Source of the DNA: Blasia pusilla
Lineage: Eukaryota
Reading direction: 5' to 3'
DNA: 64,000 nt
NCBI GenBank assembly: GCA_050084515.1
Contig: CM114271.1
Span: 8,308,001 to 8,372,000 of the forward strand
Shown here: one piece after another, positions 36,301 through 50,700 of the stretch
Layout of the letters: every line of letters begins with the position of its first letter
Numbering within the stretch: the first letter of the stretch is position 1
Position numbers and translations under genes: made by a program
Notes under the pieces: model-generated
The model's database searches: none
Seen by the model: the letters and a program-made list of their open reading frames with translations, nothing else
Told to the model about the DNA's origin: nothing

Positions 36301-37029
36301 TGGGAAAAGGGACTCGAATGGGTGACCTGATCACGCCCTCCAACCTACGGCACCGTCAACACTCACTCCTCCATGTGGTACGGCAACCTCCACAACACAA
36401 CACTCTCCTTGACCAACACATCAAACCTTGCATAAGCATTGGCGTGTGCATCTCCAGCAGCATCCTCGCAAATCCCAGCCGCACCCGAAAAGCATCACGT
36501 CCTGAAAATCTCTCCGCCCACCCCCAGACAGACCTTGTAACCTTAACTCAACACCGATTGAACTCAACCATGTCAGCCCGTCTACCACGTCAAACTCTAC
36601 CACATCCACTCAAGCCCCTACTACATCCACCGCCATGCCCTTACCACACCCGCTCCTACCACATCCGCTTTGTCAACCACGTTCAAATTCTGACTACGTT
36701 GGGTACCTACCACGTCATGAGGAAGACGCCGAACATGTCTGGAAAAGGAGGGGGGCTCTTTTTTATGCTGGGAGGGGAGAAGGGGCCCGCCCCCCTATGG
36801 AACTTGCGCGGAGGGTGGGTGGGTGGAAGGGCCCTTGGCCCGTGCCCCAAACCTATGTGCGGGGGGGGGGGCGGGGTTTCGCAGCCAATGCCCGCGGCCT
36901 ACCGCCCTATGCTCCCGCCTCGCTGCCTCCCAAGCTCCCGGCCCCGGCTCTGACTTTCGACCCCCCGCTTTCGGCGCTCTACCGTGCTCTGCCCTCTTCT
37001 GTCTCCAACCTAACCCTAGCCCTAGGCAT

Positions 37030-37870
37030 TTATCTTGCAATAGTTGTAGTTAAGTGTGTACAATTCGGATTCAATCACTGATCAGTGTATTCTTCTCTCT
37101 ATTAGTACTAAGATTTCTTTCCTCGATTCTCTCAAGTGGAATTGCATTCACGCTCATGTAGATCTTCACTCAACTTCAAAGAACCTCACAGAGACTTCAA
37201 CAAGAAGATGGCTTCTCCTACTTTCGCAACTCAATCCGTCTAGGCAGGCTACTTCTATTGAACAGATTTCTTACAACTCAATGTTGATTATTCTAATGAT
37301 GAAAGTGTTCTCCTGATCCACTCTTCACTCTGCAGACCCAATAAGAATTCTCAGACATATGCATCGCACATCAGAATGAAGAAATGAGTTCTTTACTACT
37401 CCATCAAGAATGATAAAGCTTCAAAGTGTATACAAGCTTGAGAGGGTACTACTCCCTTGCTCGGACCATTCCTACAACATAAGGACTTCGTGAAATAATG
37501 ATGATGATAACTACTTTGTTCTTCGCTGAAGAGCGAAGTACTTCTTCCTCTTCTTATTCATCATGCTTTGTTCAAGAGCCAAGCACTTCGTAAACAGGTT
37601 CTTAATAAGGCTTCGTTGTCTTTTCCAAGCTTCGCTCTGAGTCTTTAGACTTCGTTACCACATTTCCCTCTCCTCTAAGGCAAATCCTTGATTTTCCACC
37701 TCTCCGCCTTGTCCTGGGAGCTTTGTGATCTATTTCAATATTACTCATTCTTCCAATATACAAACATAATATCTAAAACAGTCGTGTATATACAACCTTT
37801 ACTTCATAGATTCTTCATTCCTTGAATCACAAGGTGTAAATCTCAAAATTATAAAATTGTGGATATCACA
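37030..37870 (-). mobile_element. Diverged, truncated LTR of the 18185-19469 family
   Basis: Shares aaagcttcaaagtgtatacaagcttgagagggtactactcccttgctcggaccattcc and the end aaaattgtggatatcaca. Confidence 0.75.
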
Positions 37871-38609
37871 ACACTTCTCTTCTCCTTCTCTCGTTACTCT
37901 CGTCAATACACTTGCCGCCCCACTCTACGCTATGTCCAACCGTTGTCCCCCATCAACCTGCTCCAGAGAAATCTGAGAAAAATGGACATCGCTTCTACAC
38001 ACGGCCTTTTGAACAAAAAAAAAACAAAAAAATGCCAACCAGTGTCTCGAGGGGCTCCCCACTGAGGCAACTTGCTTGCCTACTTGCAACCAATGAATTC
38101 CCTCTAGTCCCTTGACATCTTTCTCATGTAAAACTAAAGAGGAGTAAAAATTCCACATCTGGCCTAAAACTCCAGTCCTCAATCTACATCGGCATATTGA
38201 GCCTCGTCCAACATGTGCTCTTAGGAAATCAATATGCTAGCACCCTAGTCCTATCTCACACACAACAACAGAGGTGTTCCAACTGCCCAACATGAGAAAG
38301 ATGGCTTGGGAAGTCAATCTTCCTCCCTTATATAGGGTTGGGAAGAGCCAAAAGGCTCTTCTCCTAAAAATAGCTATCCTCTTGGTAACCTGGGTGCATA
38401 GGTTACCAAGGATCCGTGACATGTTCAACAAGTCACCCGACTATGAAAGACCTCAATAGGAAAGTTAATATAAACGACGTTCCCGACACAACAGACCTAT
38501 TCTCAACCTCATCCGACACCTCGGGACAAAGTTACACTCAAGACAGTCCGTTGGCTCCTATGCCCTATCCATGATAGATCTCTGCCTATCGGCTACTCAG
38601 ATGTGACAT

Positions 38610-41580
38610 CCTCATCAACGCAAACCTTTTAATGTCAATATTTGGGAAGCCGTCCCCTTGACTTTGAATTGTATCTTGGTAGCTAACTCGCAATTCCTCT
38701 TTTGGCTTAAGTCTTAGGTTGTCGCTTGGAGCACTTAGCATCATTACCATTTCCACTTAAATAAGCCTAGATCAATTCTACATAAATAATCTACCCTATC
38801 AAAATAAGTTAACTAAGTCTACAACCTAACACTTCATTTGCTCACTATTTGTAAACATCTCACATGCTTACTTGGTTAATTTGTACTACTTTTGGGTCTC
38901 TCTCGTATTCGACTTAGGCGCGTCACTAAGTTCATTCATGTACTCACAAATGAGATCACCCCAAGCCCCAAGACAGAGTGATCTGCCCTCTCGGCACTAG
39001 GGCAAGCCCAAATTTTTGTACTTCAACACTTGGTCTTGTTCTAGGTGCTTTATCCAAATACAAACTTTCACATAATATACTCCTTGTTTTGCCTCTTTGA
39101 CCTACCTCCTAAGCATATGAAGAACTACTCATTTCCATGCACTACCACTTAAAAATTGCAATCTCTAGCATCAAATTTCCAAATCCATGCATTCTTTCAT
39201 TGCAACCCTAAAGATTTACGTTCAAGGAGAGTAGGCGCACTACAAGGATGGTTTGCTCGTTGGAGTGGTCTCTTGGAAGAGACGCAAGAGACACAAGAGT
39301 TGAGATGCAAAAAAGGTTGAGCATTTCATGCATTTTTTGTTGTGAATAGGAAACCTGAACCAAATGTGAACCAAGACTTAAGAGGAGTTGAGTCTAAAAA
39401 AGTTGGTTGCCAAAGAATGAGAACCAGATTTGGAATGTGACTAGCCTTTGGGGTTTTGACTATATTTTGGACCATAAATCTTAGTCTCAAGATTTTTTTG
39501 GACAAGTAAGGTGGCATTGGAAATCTTGCAAATCCAACTCCAACGCACCAAAGATCTTAGCAAACGCACAAGTAGAAGCTGCAAAACTGCCCAAAAACAA
39601 TTGTATGAAGAGTTGGATTGAGGGCCAAAAAAAGGGGCATGAACGTCTCTTTCCCAAAGTTTGGGGGAGGCGGGGATCCCTTAAAGTAATAGTAAGGGGG
39701 AAGGTGTCCAAGAGTGCTTGGGACTCAAACCCCACTTTGGGATGCGGCGGGACGACCCGAGTGCACGAAATGGATTGGGAGTTTTGGCATTGGGATTCGA
39801 AACCCGAACCAAGTCCAAAAGAGTGGATTTCCGAGATCCCTATTGGATTCCAACCCGCAACTCATTTAGTTGGGTCTCTGTTTAGGGCTTGTGCAAGGTC
39901 CATTGGAAAATTGGGATTGCTAGGTGTGTGAACGTTGCTTTAGGTGCCTAGACTAACCAAAATATTTGTCCCAAGTCTCGAAAGAGTTGCCCGTGTTGGG
40001 AAGATAGGAATGAGGGAAGGTTGAGCTTGATGAGGTTCTGAGTTGAGAACTCGGTGGGTTGGAAGGCCGATTGACCCAATCTAGACTAAAGTGAGTGTAT
40101 TTGGGTGTAGATTGGCAGTGAGAGTGTGTCGTATTGAACGTACGCTTCCGCGACACTAAAGATTGATGTTCAAGAGGAGTAGGTGCGCGACACATGGTAT
40201 TAGAACTTATCCTTGGTGAGCAAGAACTTGAGGCCATAGGAGCAATTGGACTCTTGGGGGAGAACTCAAGATATAGTGAGACCTAGACGCTCGAGGAGAG
40301 ACGCAAGAAACAAGGAGGATATCTGAGTAGTCGAGGACTCAAGCTCAAGATGGCGACTAAGGGAAAAGAACCAAGGAAGAGTCGAGTCAAGCAAAAAAAA
40401 TTGAGAGACAAACTGATGCTTGAGCGACAGCCAGAGGAAGAGATAGCCACTCCCAAGAAGCTAAGCTCTAGTCATGAGGATGTCCTAGATGTAAATCCTT
40501 CCGCACGGCCTTTGGCTCCAAACTCAAGTGAACCAATGCTCTATGTCCAAATGATGGATTGATGAAGTTAATGGCAAAGCAGATGACCTAGTAGAGTAAG
40601 CAGATCGTTGAGCTCAAGTCAGATAGAGCTTCTAGTTCCAACAAGAAGATGTGTAAAAACAATCTACCAACTCCATTCAAGGGAATGGGGTGGTCCCCGA
40701 AAGTGAATGAGTTATGATGGAGGTGGAACTTTACTTCGATGTATAGAGGGTAGAGGAGCAAGACATGGTGACCGTGGCAGTCATGTTCTTAAGAGATCAT
40801 GCACTCCAATAATGGATGGCTCATGGAAAATAACATCTAGGTTGTGGACCATCTTTGAGTTGGGAGGAGTTCAACCAGAGTACTAGGAGTTCCGCGATGG
40901 CGTAGAGTTCATGCGGCTACGGGAGAGTGGTTCCCTTAGCGCTTATGTGTAGGAGTTCAGTGCAAAAAATAAACTCGCTTCCAAAGATGGATGAGTTTGC
41001 AAAGAAGGTGATCTTCATCAGTGGACTTAAGCCTAGCATAGAAAAGGTCCCCTTAAGGATGCCAAAGGTACCAAAGATGTGCGTGGAACTTTTGAAGCTG
41101 GCAAAGTGGATAGGGAATGATGAGGTCAAAGTCCTAAGATCCTTTGAGCAGAAAAGTTTTTTGAAGTTATCAAAAAACAAGGGGACATCCAAGAGGGTCT
41201 GGAGTGGGGGTGAGTGCAACCAAGGAGAGTTACTTACCCTTATAGCCACACTAGTGGAACTCAACATGAAGCCGAAGGGAATGCACCATTCAAAGTCAGG
41301 GAACGCCAAAGTGATTTGCTACAATTGTGGTGAACCCTGGCATATGGCTAAGGGGTGCTCAAAGCCCATGATTAGTGACAAGATTAGAATTGCACTGGCT
41401 AATGTCGGCGGGAGGTGTAGAAACATCCCAAGATCCCCAATTTGATGTACCTAAGATCCAAGATTATTGATCATGATGTGATGTTGCTCGTTGATACAAG
41501 TGCTTCGCACTCCTTCTTGAGTCCGAGAATCATGAAGGAGTTGGGTTTTTCAACCTCTGAGGTGGACGAGCCCATCCGAG
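38610..41580 (+). mobile_element. Chromovirus-family 5' LTR (partly inverted) + PBS + gag/protease remnant
   Basis: 38610-39205 is the inverted LTR 5' part and 39247-40192 the direct LTR 3' part. PBS tggtattagaac at 40195. CYNCGEPWHMAKGC (40927-41445) and LLVDTSASHSF (41442+). Confidence 0.75.
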
Positions 41581-42676
41581 TAGGCTCTCATGTAATTTCA
41601 CATAATTTTCCATGTGGATATGAAAACAAAGATAATTCCACAGGAAAGGAAGGGAATGAGAATGAGAATAAGAATAAGAGTGAGATAGTTGAATTTAGAG
41701 TGAACATTGTCCGTTTATTTTCTGACATGAAGTTGGTAGTTAGGTTGAACCGTCACTAGTTGACAAGACCAAGCGACCAAGAATATTTCTATGTTAGATG
41801 AATGGGTAAGCAACCAATCAAAGTTTGAGGAGTTGATGTGGAGTCTCCTGTAAGAGTTGGGATGAAATCAAGTCAATTTGGAAATGCAACCCGTCGGACT
41901 CCGATGGGTTGCAAGGGGTCATGTTGGTCAACTAGTCAGATTCCGACGGGTTGCTTTATTGCAAATGTAAGTGATTCTGCGGTAAGAAGAGGGTCCCCGA
42001 TGGAATTTGTTCTACCCATCGGATTTTGACATGTTGTAGTTGGTCCAAAGTTGGGGGTCTTTAGGACGTACGTGAAAGAAGAGTGGGAAGGGGTTCATTC
42101 AACCTTTCGAAATCCGACTGGTTGCATTGACCTCTTGAAAAGGCGTATGGTGTACAGCCTCCCGGGGTAAGTGCAACCTGTCGGATTCCTTCAGGTTGGG
42201 CTAGGAGAATGCTCTAAACTTTGTTCGAGAGTAACCCATCGGAATTCGTTGGGGTTGCACAATGCACGCGCTGTAGCGGTCCACCGTTGTTGTCGCCCCA
42301 ACGGACAATGGTCGATGTCACCCCAATAGTCTTCAGTCGCCGTCGCTTGGCCCAACGGCTCTGAAACTATATAAGGACCAACTTTGACGTCTTTCATTTT
42401 TTCATTTTCCACGATTAAGCAAGAGCTCCTCTCCCTCCGAGGACTTGGTTGGTTGGGAGTGAATCAGAACGACATTCCCCCCTATAGTTTTGGTAGTTGG
42501 TGCGCATTCCCTTAAGCTTGACCGCAAAATGGTTGGTGATCCTTCAGTTGGAAGGTGACGACAGTTTGGGTGGATATCCTTTGAGCTGCCACGGTCAGGC
42601 TGAGCTTGACTCCACGATTTCATGACAGCTCTTCTCCCCTCGAGGACTTAGTTGGTTGGCAGTGCATCAACACGAT

Positions 42677-44173
42677 TGTAATGTACAACTCAAGGAAAAA
42701 GATACCCTTTCTATCAAAAAGTATTAAGCTCGTTCCCAAGAGACCGCCGTTTCCTGAGTAAAGAGAGGATTTATAAGAAATAACAAGAATAACTTCTATC
42801 TTCACTTAAAACGCTTCACTAACTCTAATGACTCTTACTTCACGAAGGTAAAGAAAAGATAAGATGGTCTTCTTTCCTTGTAGAAAAGACTCTTCATAAG
42901 TGTAGAGAAAGACTCTTGTGAATCTGCAGTAACAAAGCTCCACGAAGACCTCAAAGAGACCTCAAGAATGGCGGCTCACCCTATTTTCATAACTAAATTT
43001 GTCATGGTAGGTTACTCACTATCTAAGAGCTTTCCTAAGCTTCTTCCTGATTATCTTCTGGATTTTTGAATCTACAAGACTCAACTCTCATCTCTACTGC
43101 AGCCCAATAAGATCCACATTCAATTCCGCACCTCAGAAAAAATGAGAGAAGACTCTTCTCCTACATCAAAGAGTGGAAAGAACTCAGAAGTAGTACAAGC
43201 TTCAGAAAGTAAAAGACTCTTCAGCTTGGATCATCCCCCAATAAAACTCCTAACACCCTCACCAAGACTGCTGGTAAACTCAAGATATACGAAACAATAT
43301 TGAGGAGTTCAAGATACAAGGGGAAACGATGATCCCTTGTTCTACTAATTGCTCTTTTAAATAGTATTTACAATTACGATTGGTCTTCCTATTCTAATCT
43401 AGATTTCTAACTGCTAATCCTAACTCTTTGCTTCCAATTCTCCAACCCTCCATCTTCCTAAGACTGTTCATTGTCTCGGCGTTTCCTTTCCACTCCCTTT
43501 TAAACTTTTGTAATTGTCGCGACTCTCCCTTTCTGGCTTCCGAGACTGCCGCGACGGTTCAATCTTTGCGCTTTTTGCAATTCTTCACGAAGAATCTTCC
43601 TAGTCTTTGTAGTCTTTCTCTTTCCTATCCTATCTTTGCACGAAGACTCTTATCCTTCTGCCGCCGCAAAGAGTCTTTACGTTCTTTCCTTCAACTTTCT
43701 TCCAAGCATTCTCTATCTTTCTATTCCTCTTCTTAATATACATGTCCACTTTTGTGAAGATTCTTTGATCTCTTCCGCTTCTTCCTCTTCCTTATCTGAG
43801 TTCTTATTCTTTTCTGTGGAGTCTTTGTACAAAGACTATCTCCCATCTTCTTTACAAAGAATCTTTCCCTCAATCTTTGTTGGCAGTCCTTTACACTACT
43901 ATTTCTGCGGTCTTCCTTGCTAAGCACCCGCGCTTCCTCTTCTAACTCTTATTCTCATTTTTATCACCTCTCACTCTTCCAAGATAGTCCTTAATCTTCT
44001 AACATTTCTTGTCTTCTCATCAGAGTTCTGTCAATTACTCCTCCCACACAATTTCAGTAAAGTAAGACCCTTTACTTCCCATAGTGAGTCTTTAGTTTTC
44101 ACTTCATAAAGACTTTACTATAATTCAATAAAAAACATCATAAATTCAAATTTCTCATAAGAGTGGGTTATCA
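42677..44173. mobile_element. LTR-like insertion (TGTAATGTACA...TATCA) splitting a ~200-bp tandem repeat in the MULE leader
   Basis: The termini resemble the 44951-46204 family. The flanks 42616-42676 and 44180-44315 together rebuild a second copy of the unit at 42410-42615. No clear TSD. Confidence 0.65.
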
Positions 44174-44370
44174 TAGCCACGTTCCCCCCTAGGAAAAAAT
44201 TGCGGTTGGTTCTTATTCCCTTCAACTGGAAGGCGAAACAGTTGGTGACCCTTCATCTAGAAGATGACCCTGGTTTGGGTGGAAATCCTTTCAGGTGCGA
44301 CGGTCAGGCTGAGCTCAAGTCTCCTCGCCTATATTTGGATCAATCGCGTCAAACCTTTTTGACATCGACT

Positions 44371-44620
44371 ATGCCTCGGAAAAAGGCCCAAGCCAGAAAG
44401 GGTGGGAGCTTCACTGCTAACTCCTCTAGCACTTCTAAGTCGGCTTCTCCTGCTCGTCGTTCGGCCGCGGACATACGGCAAGAAGAGATTGCGGAGCGGG
44501 AGAGAGAAGAAAACATGGGCAAGCAGGAGTTGGAGGAGAAACTCACTCTTGAGAACCTTGGAAAGCAAGATATCAAACAGGTCATAGAGGCAAACAAGGC
44601 GAGAGAAAGAAAATTGCACA
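44371..44620 (+). pseudogene. Truncated exon 1 of the second ParB-like/MTase-like gene copy
   Basis: MPRKKAQARKGGSFTANSSSTSKSASPARRSAADIRQEEIAEREREE aligns with the 1547 translation. Confidence 0.75.
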
Positions 44621-44950
44621 CGAGCTCAAATAGAAGAAGCGGTAGGATGTCCTCTAGATGTATACTAATATTGACATAGTAAATTGTTGCGAATTTTCCA
44701 ACAATTATTGGGGGATAAGTGAGTGCCTGTAGTCATGACCAAAGTCACAAAACTCCAATAGATTGTGAAGGAACATTGGGAAGAAGTACAGATGAAAGAT
44801 GGAACATCAAGTTGATGGCAGTGCAAGTATTATTCCTATTCTATGAAAACCTATCATAGCACGCTGATGGTGGAGCATTTTACACGAGAGAGATGAAAGA
44901 CAAAGGATGGGAATCAGGATACCCATCATGCCATATTATGTGTGAAGTTC

Positions 44951-46204
44951 TGTAATGTACAAGAGTTTCTATTTTACAGTCGTTTAATAAGTTCGATCCC
45001 CAAGAGGATCATTGTTTGATGAAAAGAGAGTTGGAAATTACAATTCTGTTGTAATAGTTGTATTTAAATGTGTATGATTTATATTCAATGTCTTATCAAT
45101 ATCTTCGGATCTTTCTTAGTACCAAAGTTTCTTTTCTCAATTCTCTCTAGTGGAGTTGACAGCGTGCTCAGGTAGATTTCCTCTCGATATCAAGAAACCT
45201 CACAGAGACCTCAACATGAAAGTTGGCTTCTCCTACTTTCGGAACTCAATCCGTCTCGGCAGGCTACTCTCTGTCAAACAGATTTCCTACAACGTTATGT
45301 TGATTATTCCATTGATGAGAAAGGTTCGTCTGATTCACTCTTCACTCTGCAGACCCAAAAAGAATACTCAGACATAAGCATCGCACATCATAATGAATGA
45401 ATGATTGCTTTACTACTCCATTAAGAAAGTGTATACAAACTTGAGAGGGTACTACTCCCTTGCTCAGGCCCATTCCTACAGCATAAGGACTTTGTAAGAG
45501 AATGATAATGATAGCTACTTCTATGCTTCTTAAATACTCTTTGAAGGAGGAGTGATCCAAAGATTCGAAGCGTTTTTTATGAAGCTAGTGTCTCTTCAAC
45601 ATTTGTAACTACCTAGATCTATGGTGCTCTTTGCTTTTCCTACGATCCCTGGGAATCCGCAAAACAAAAGTGTCATAACTACCAATTTGATACAAAGGAT
45701 TGCGTCTTTTCCTATTCTAACTGTTCTAACTATGTGTCGCTTGAAATCACTGTCAATCTTAGCTTCATTTCGCTGCTAAGTTTAGACCTCTTTTGCTTTG
45801 CTTGAGGACAAAGCTCTTTCTTATGATCTGAAGACAAAGCGCTCCATTCTTTGTTCTTGTTCAAGGTGCTTCGTTCTTCGTGCTTTGTTCAAGAGCGAAG
45901 TACATCTTTCTATTACGCTTCGTTATAGAGCGAAGCACTTCATAAACAGAGCTTGGCAGAGCTTCGTTGTCATTCCGAAGCTTCTTGATGGGTCTTGAGA
46001 CTTCGTTATTTTATTCTCTTCTCCTCTTAGGCAAATCCTTGGTTTTCTATCTCTCTGCCTTGTCCTTGGAGCTTCGTGATTCACTTTAATCTTACTCATT
46101 CCTCCCCATAATAATATATAATAATCAAAATCATAATGTATATACAAGTCTTCGTTGAATAAAAAGATGTATTTCTTCAAAAGTACAAAATTGTGGATAT
46201 CACA
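44951..46204 (-). mobile_element. LTR (~1.25 kb), sister of 18185-19469
   Basis: tgtaatgtacaagag...ttgtggatatcaca, followed by a PPT-like tacccccttcc. Confidence 0.8.
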
Positions 46205-46239
46205 TACCCCCTTCCAGCGTGCAACGGGTTTTCCGAAAC

Positions 46240-47754
46240 AGGGTACTATTGGGAAATGGACAAAGAAGGGAAGCGAGACCTTCGAGTGAAGTGGAAGAGA
46301 CGACTCCATTACAAATAGGTTCGCAACAAATAGGATGAGGAAAGAAGAATTGGCCAGAGAAGTTTGAGGTTATTGCACCACCATTGAGTTTCCTCCATTT
46401 TAACATTGTCTGTACATATGGGACGTGTTGGGCTTTCCACTTCTAGGGCCAAAGCCTTCTCCTTCTAGAATTTGGAGCCACATCCTTCTCCTTCAATAAT
46501 TCTTGCAACCTCAAGAGATGGCATATTTCTCGAAGCAACCCCAAACATGGATCCACTTGCATGGAAAGATCGGATGAAATAAGGATTGCATGTCGGGCTT
46601 TCCTGAATAAGAACCGTTCAAATACTCCGCGACCTTTGCCAAGCTTTTGAGGGCTGAAAACCTTTGATCGTTTTACAAGGACAGGGGATCAATTGAAGTT
46701 CTTCTTCTGCCCAAATTAAACGTGTGCTTTCCGAAAATCATACCGAGCTACCATTGGAGCTCTTAGGAATACCCCCATGATTTGGCCATTGTTGCAAGAA
46801 CCAATTTTACTCAGGAGGAAGTGGACAATCTTACAAGTGCAGGGTTCAAAGTGGTAGACAAAGGGAGTTTGGAACATGTTCGCTTTACACAGACATTTGT
46901 ATTTCGTATCCAACCTAAAACTGATATCAACCTATATCCGAAGAAGGTGGATGATCTAAACAGAATGTGTAGGTCAACAATGGAGAGAGCAAAGTGAATC
47001 GCATCAGTTTGGGAGGCCAACATGGAAATCATTGCCACAAAAGGTGTTCACATTGGGAATGGAATAGGAAGGATGTATTGGGTAAGGAACAATACTGTGA
47101 ATTCAAGTGTTCCTAGGGTGTATGTTGTACACATCTGTTTCCTACGTGTTTCTGGGATGACTTTGTCCAAAGAGAGACAAGTGGGAAAAGGTAGCTCCCT
47201 TGTAAGCACGTGCAGTATGTTTTGCTTGTAGCTTTAAGAGAGTCGGAGCTAGGAGTAGGAATCTATCAACCAATTAATTTGGGCCCTTAAAGAAGTGTGA
47301 AGTATCCTAAACAAGCCACTCTGAGGATGCAACATCAGGTCTGATAGTAGTTTGGAATTGCCAAACTATTAAATGCAATCTAGAACTTTCATCAATGTGC
47401 TTAAATTAAAAAAATTTCAGACCTTGTATGGAAATGTGATTTTTTCCACATCTGTGATCCAATGATTTTTTCAATTTTATAACTATGTGTTGAGAAATGA
47501 TTGGATGGAGGAAAGTTTCATCTATGTTGCAACCCGTCGGATTCAGATAGGTTGCCATAGTGGGGAGGAGGAAACAAAGTTTTTGGGAGTGACTAAGAAA
47601 AGAGAACATAATTTTAAGATTAAAAAAAATGTTTCTCCCTTTCTTCAACTTATAGGAAGCTCTCTTCAACCTATAGGAAACTCTCTTAGAAAAAAGGATC
47701 TCTTTGGGTTGACAATAGTTTTCTCTCTCCTCTCTCTCTCTCCTCCTCTCCTCT
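46240..47754 (+). mobile_element. Mutator-like transposon copy 3: transposase 3' end with SWIM finger and terminus, inverted relative to copy 2
   Basis: FTQEEVDNLTSAGF...FVFRIQPK and GIGRMYWVRNNTVNSSV match 26393-26938. Palindrome at 47528. 47660-47754 is the reverse complement of 25985-26080. Confidence 0.8.
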
Positions 47755-47759
47755 AACCA

Positions 47760-50700
47760 CTCCTTAGTGAGATGCGCCTTGCAACCTCAATGCTTCATCA
47801 AGCTCTACATACAAGTACTGTTGCACGCGCACGCTTGCCTACAAAACAACAACCAACCCAATCCTGATCCCTCCAAAGAGATCCAACACTTGAATGCCCT
47901 CCTCAAGGATATGCCACACAATGGGTATGGATCCAAGAGCAACATTGTAGTATTCCCGGCTACTTCGGGTTCCTTTGACCCATCATGCTCTAGCGCAAAT
48001 GCCTTACTCCAATCCATCTTCACGTGCTCATCAGCCAAGCGTCGAAGCTCTTCAATCAAGCCCCACAAAGGCACCTCTCTTCCACAGAATGATGATGTCA
48101 TCACAATACTTCTCTCCATAGGGATATCAATCATGGGTGTGTCCTCCGAAAGGACATGACCCTCAATCAAATCGTCAGGCCATATGATGGCGCTATTGAA
48201 TGCAACCAAAGAAACCATATCTCATGGCCGTCGCTCAATCACTCCACATGTTAATCAAATGGGTAACAAGCTAAGTATCCTATCACCTAACTGCCATCTT
48301 CATCTATAAGATGTTGACTCCTCCTAGTAATACATGAAAAACCACATTGGGTACAACACTACTCCTCCAACCAATACGTCAAAGGAATCGACATCATTCA
48401 CTATTGCCTTAGCTCGCACCACGGACTCATCTGAAGGATGTCTTGGTTGAATCCTCACCACAACCTCATGTGGGTGATAAATTATGTCGTGCTCGCTCCA
48501 CCCAAGGATGTTTGTATCCTAAATGGGCAGCGCTCCACATCAGCCCTTGTGAGGCCCAACCCTATAAATGCCTCTTTCCCTTAATATTAGGGGTTGCATT
48601 CCTGGATCTAACAAGACGCCTTGTGGATAAAATACTCTACTTCTTGGACTCACCAAATGTAAGACCTCTCCCCAATTATCTAGAAAAACAACACCTAGAT
48701 AAACCATGGCATGCTCTATTGCGGGTCTACTAATGGGCACCTACGTCATCCTAACATCCATGAATGTGAGGAGGATGGCCCAAGCATAAGCTTCAAGGGC
48801 AGGTCCACCACCTCCTCTGCAACCACCTCTGAACGTAAGGCAGTGATACCATCTCCACGCTCATATAGCATAGCGGCCAACCAGAAAAACCTTGGGGCGG
48901 GGGGGGGGGAATACCTCTAAACATTGTAACATTAGAAGGTGAAAACCATGTTTTTGGGGTGCGGTGCATAGCATGTGCCGCCCCCAACAACATACTCAAC
49001 ATAGGCCCTCTTTGAGCATCAACAATAGAAGTCATCGCACTTGCTTCTCCCATTTCCCGTTGTCCCTCCACACCAACAACATCCACTCTCCGAGAACTTT
49101 GATAAGGATCCATCAATGAGGTCCTAATTGCCTCATACAACGTAAAAGAATAAGGAAGCCTAGTCATTTTTCTAGCTTCCCTTCTTTGTGGATCCAACTC
49201 TACGACTCCTCTAGGCGTAACAACAACGGCTGCCTCCATCTGTGGAGCCTTTCACATCCAACCAAGATCATCCATATCTCTTGCTATGCCATATGATGTT
49301 GATGACACTGATTTGGCATTGGGTAACCTCAATGCCATTGAGGAAATATGTTGCTACAATTGCTCTATTTGAGCAGCTTCATGCCCCAAGTCTTCCTTGA
49401 ATCGTTTAGGTGCGGACCTCTACCTCCTCCATAGGAAAATCCACCACTCCCATGGGAAAATCCAACTCCATGTCCCCCCTATGGAACCACCTAGCACACA
49501 ACGTCTAGGCCCACCAAGACTGCCAACTTGCTCTAGTTGGTGCCCTCTCTTGTCCTTGGTCTAGACATAAGTCAAGACGTAAGCTAAAGCAACAAGAACA
49601 TGTATGACCATACCACTTATAATGATCACACTGGTATACTCTTGGTACACGCCCATCTCCTCCTCTAGGCAAGGGCACGTGTCCACTACCTTGACGGTTG
49701 CAATCTTGCTGCCACGTGCCCAAAATCTTGCTGACCCACATATGATGGCATGGGTTTTTGTGGCACATGCTCACAATAACCTTCTTGAGCTCGAGATGCC
49801 CTCCTCTCTTGAAATTCATATTGCTGCACTCTTGCTGTAATCAATTATGATTGATCTCGCACATAATTCATGGCAGATACACTCTCCTTGGCCCTGTTGT
49901 GCTAAATAAACTCTGCCATCTCACAAACATTTGACCATGTAGGTGAGGTGTGGATCAGAATTATTGCATCCCTCACATGTTTTCGTAGGTCTTGTTCCAA
50001 CATCGCATACCATGTGTGAAGGACGCGGGCCTTTGTCACCTCTTGAGTGACACTAATAATATGATGCAAATGAGTAAATTCCTCCCGCAAACTCTCCCGT
50101 GTATGCCTATGGAAGTCATGGATATTCCACAACTTCTCGATCCGTACGCCTTGGTATTTCCTCTATAAATCTGGAAAGAACTCAACCATGGGTTGAACCT
50201 AGGACCAACCCAACTAGACTATGCAACCGCCCCACTCTAACTCACCACTTCCTAGCTCTCACTGGTGGAAGAGGAAGTAGCATGCCCTAGCTCCTCCTCC
50301 TCATGTGGAAATGGCTCAATCATTGACATATAATGCAGATCGTAGAAGAGTCTCCAGGCCTCAATCTTGGGTGCGTACCTTTGGGAAAACTCATGGTAAT
50401 TGTTCATGAGTACCCCCTCTAGGTGCTAAAATATCCCATTCCATAATGTTAAAGGGTTGAAATTCTAGAGTTTGTGGCCCTCTGCGAGTCACACCAACTC
50501 CTAAACTCCGCAAGGAAGTCGCGCAATTCTATAGTACTTACAACTCCCAAAAACCTACGCGATCCTCTACCCTAGTCATCCATCTCGTATGTCCAAATGA
50601 TAGGACTACTCAAGGTGTGTGGGAAGGCACTAAAAAACTCTCTACGCCCTCTCACTCCTTTGAGGATGGCATAGAAGAAGGTCGAGATGGTCCCTCACGT
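47760..50700 (-). mobile_element. Highly degenerate gypsy gag-protease region
   Basis: HRHTRESLREEFTHL..WYAMLEQDLRKHVRD gag-like segment (49902-50132). Similar in layout to 34600-36300. Confidence 0.5.

Larger units (their letters stand above)
41585..44620 (+). mobile_element. Mutator-like transposon copy 2, promoter arm: transposase ATG, palindromes, TATA, exon 1 of ParB-like/MTase-like gene (interrupted by LTR 42677-44173)
   Basis: Homology to 240-390. Palindromes at 41886, 41927, ~42098, ~42172 and ~42232. TATA at 42368. ATG 44371 MPRKKAQARKGGSFT.. matches MTRKKAQANKSGSFT.. at 1547. Confidence 0.75.
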
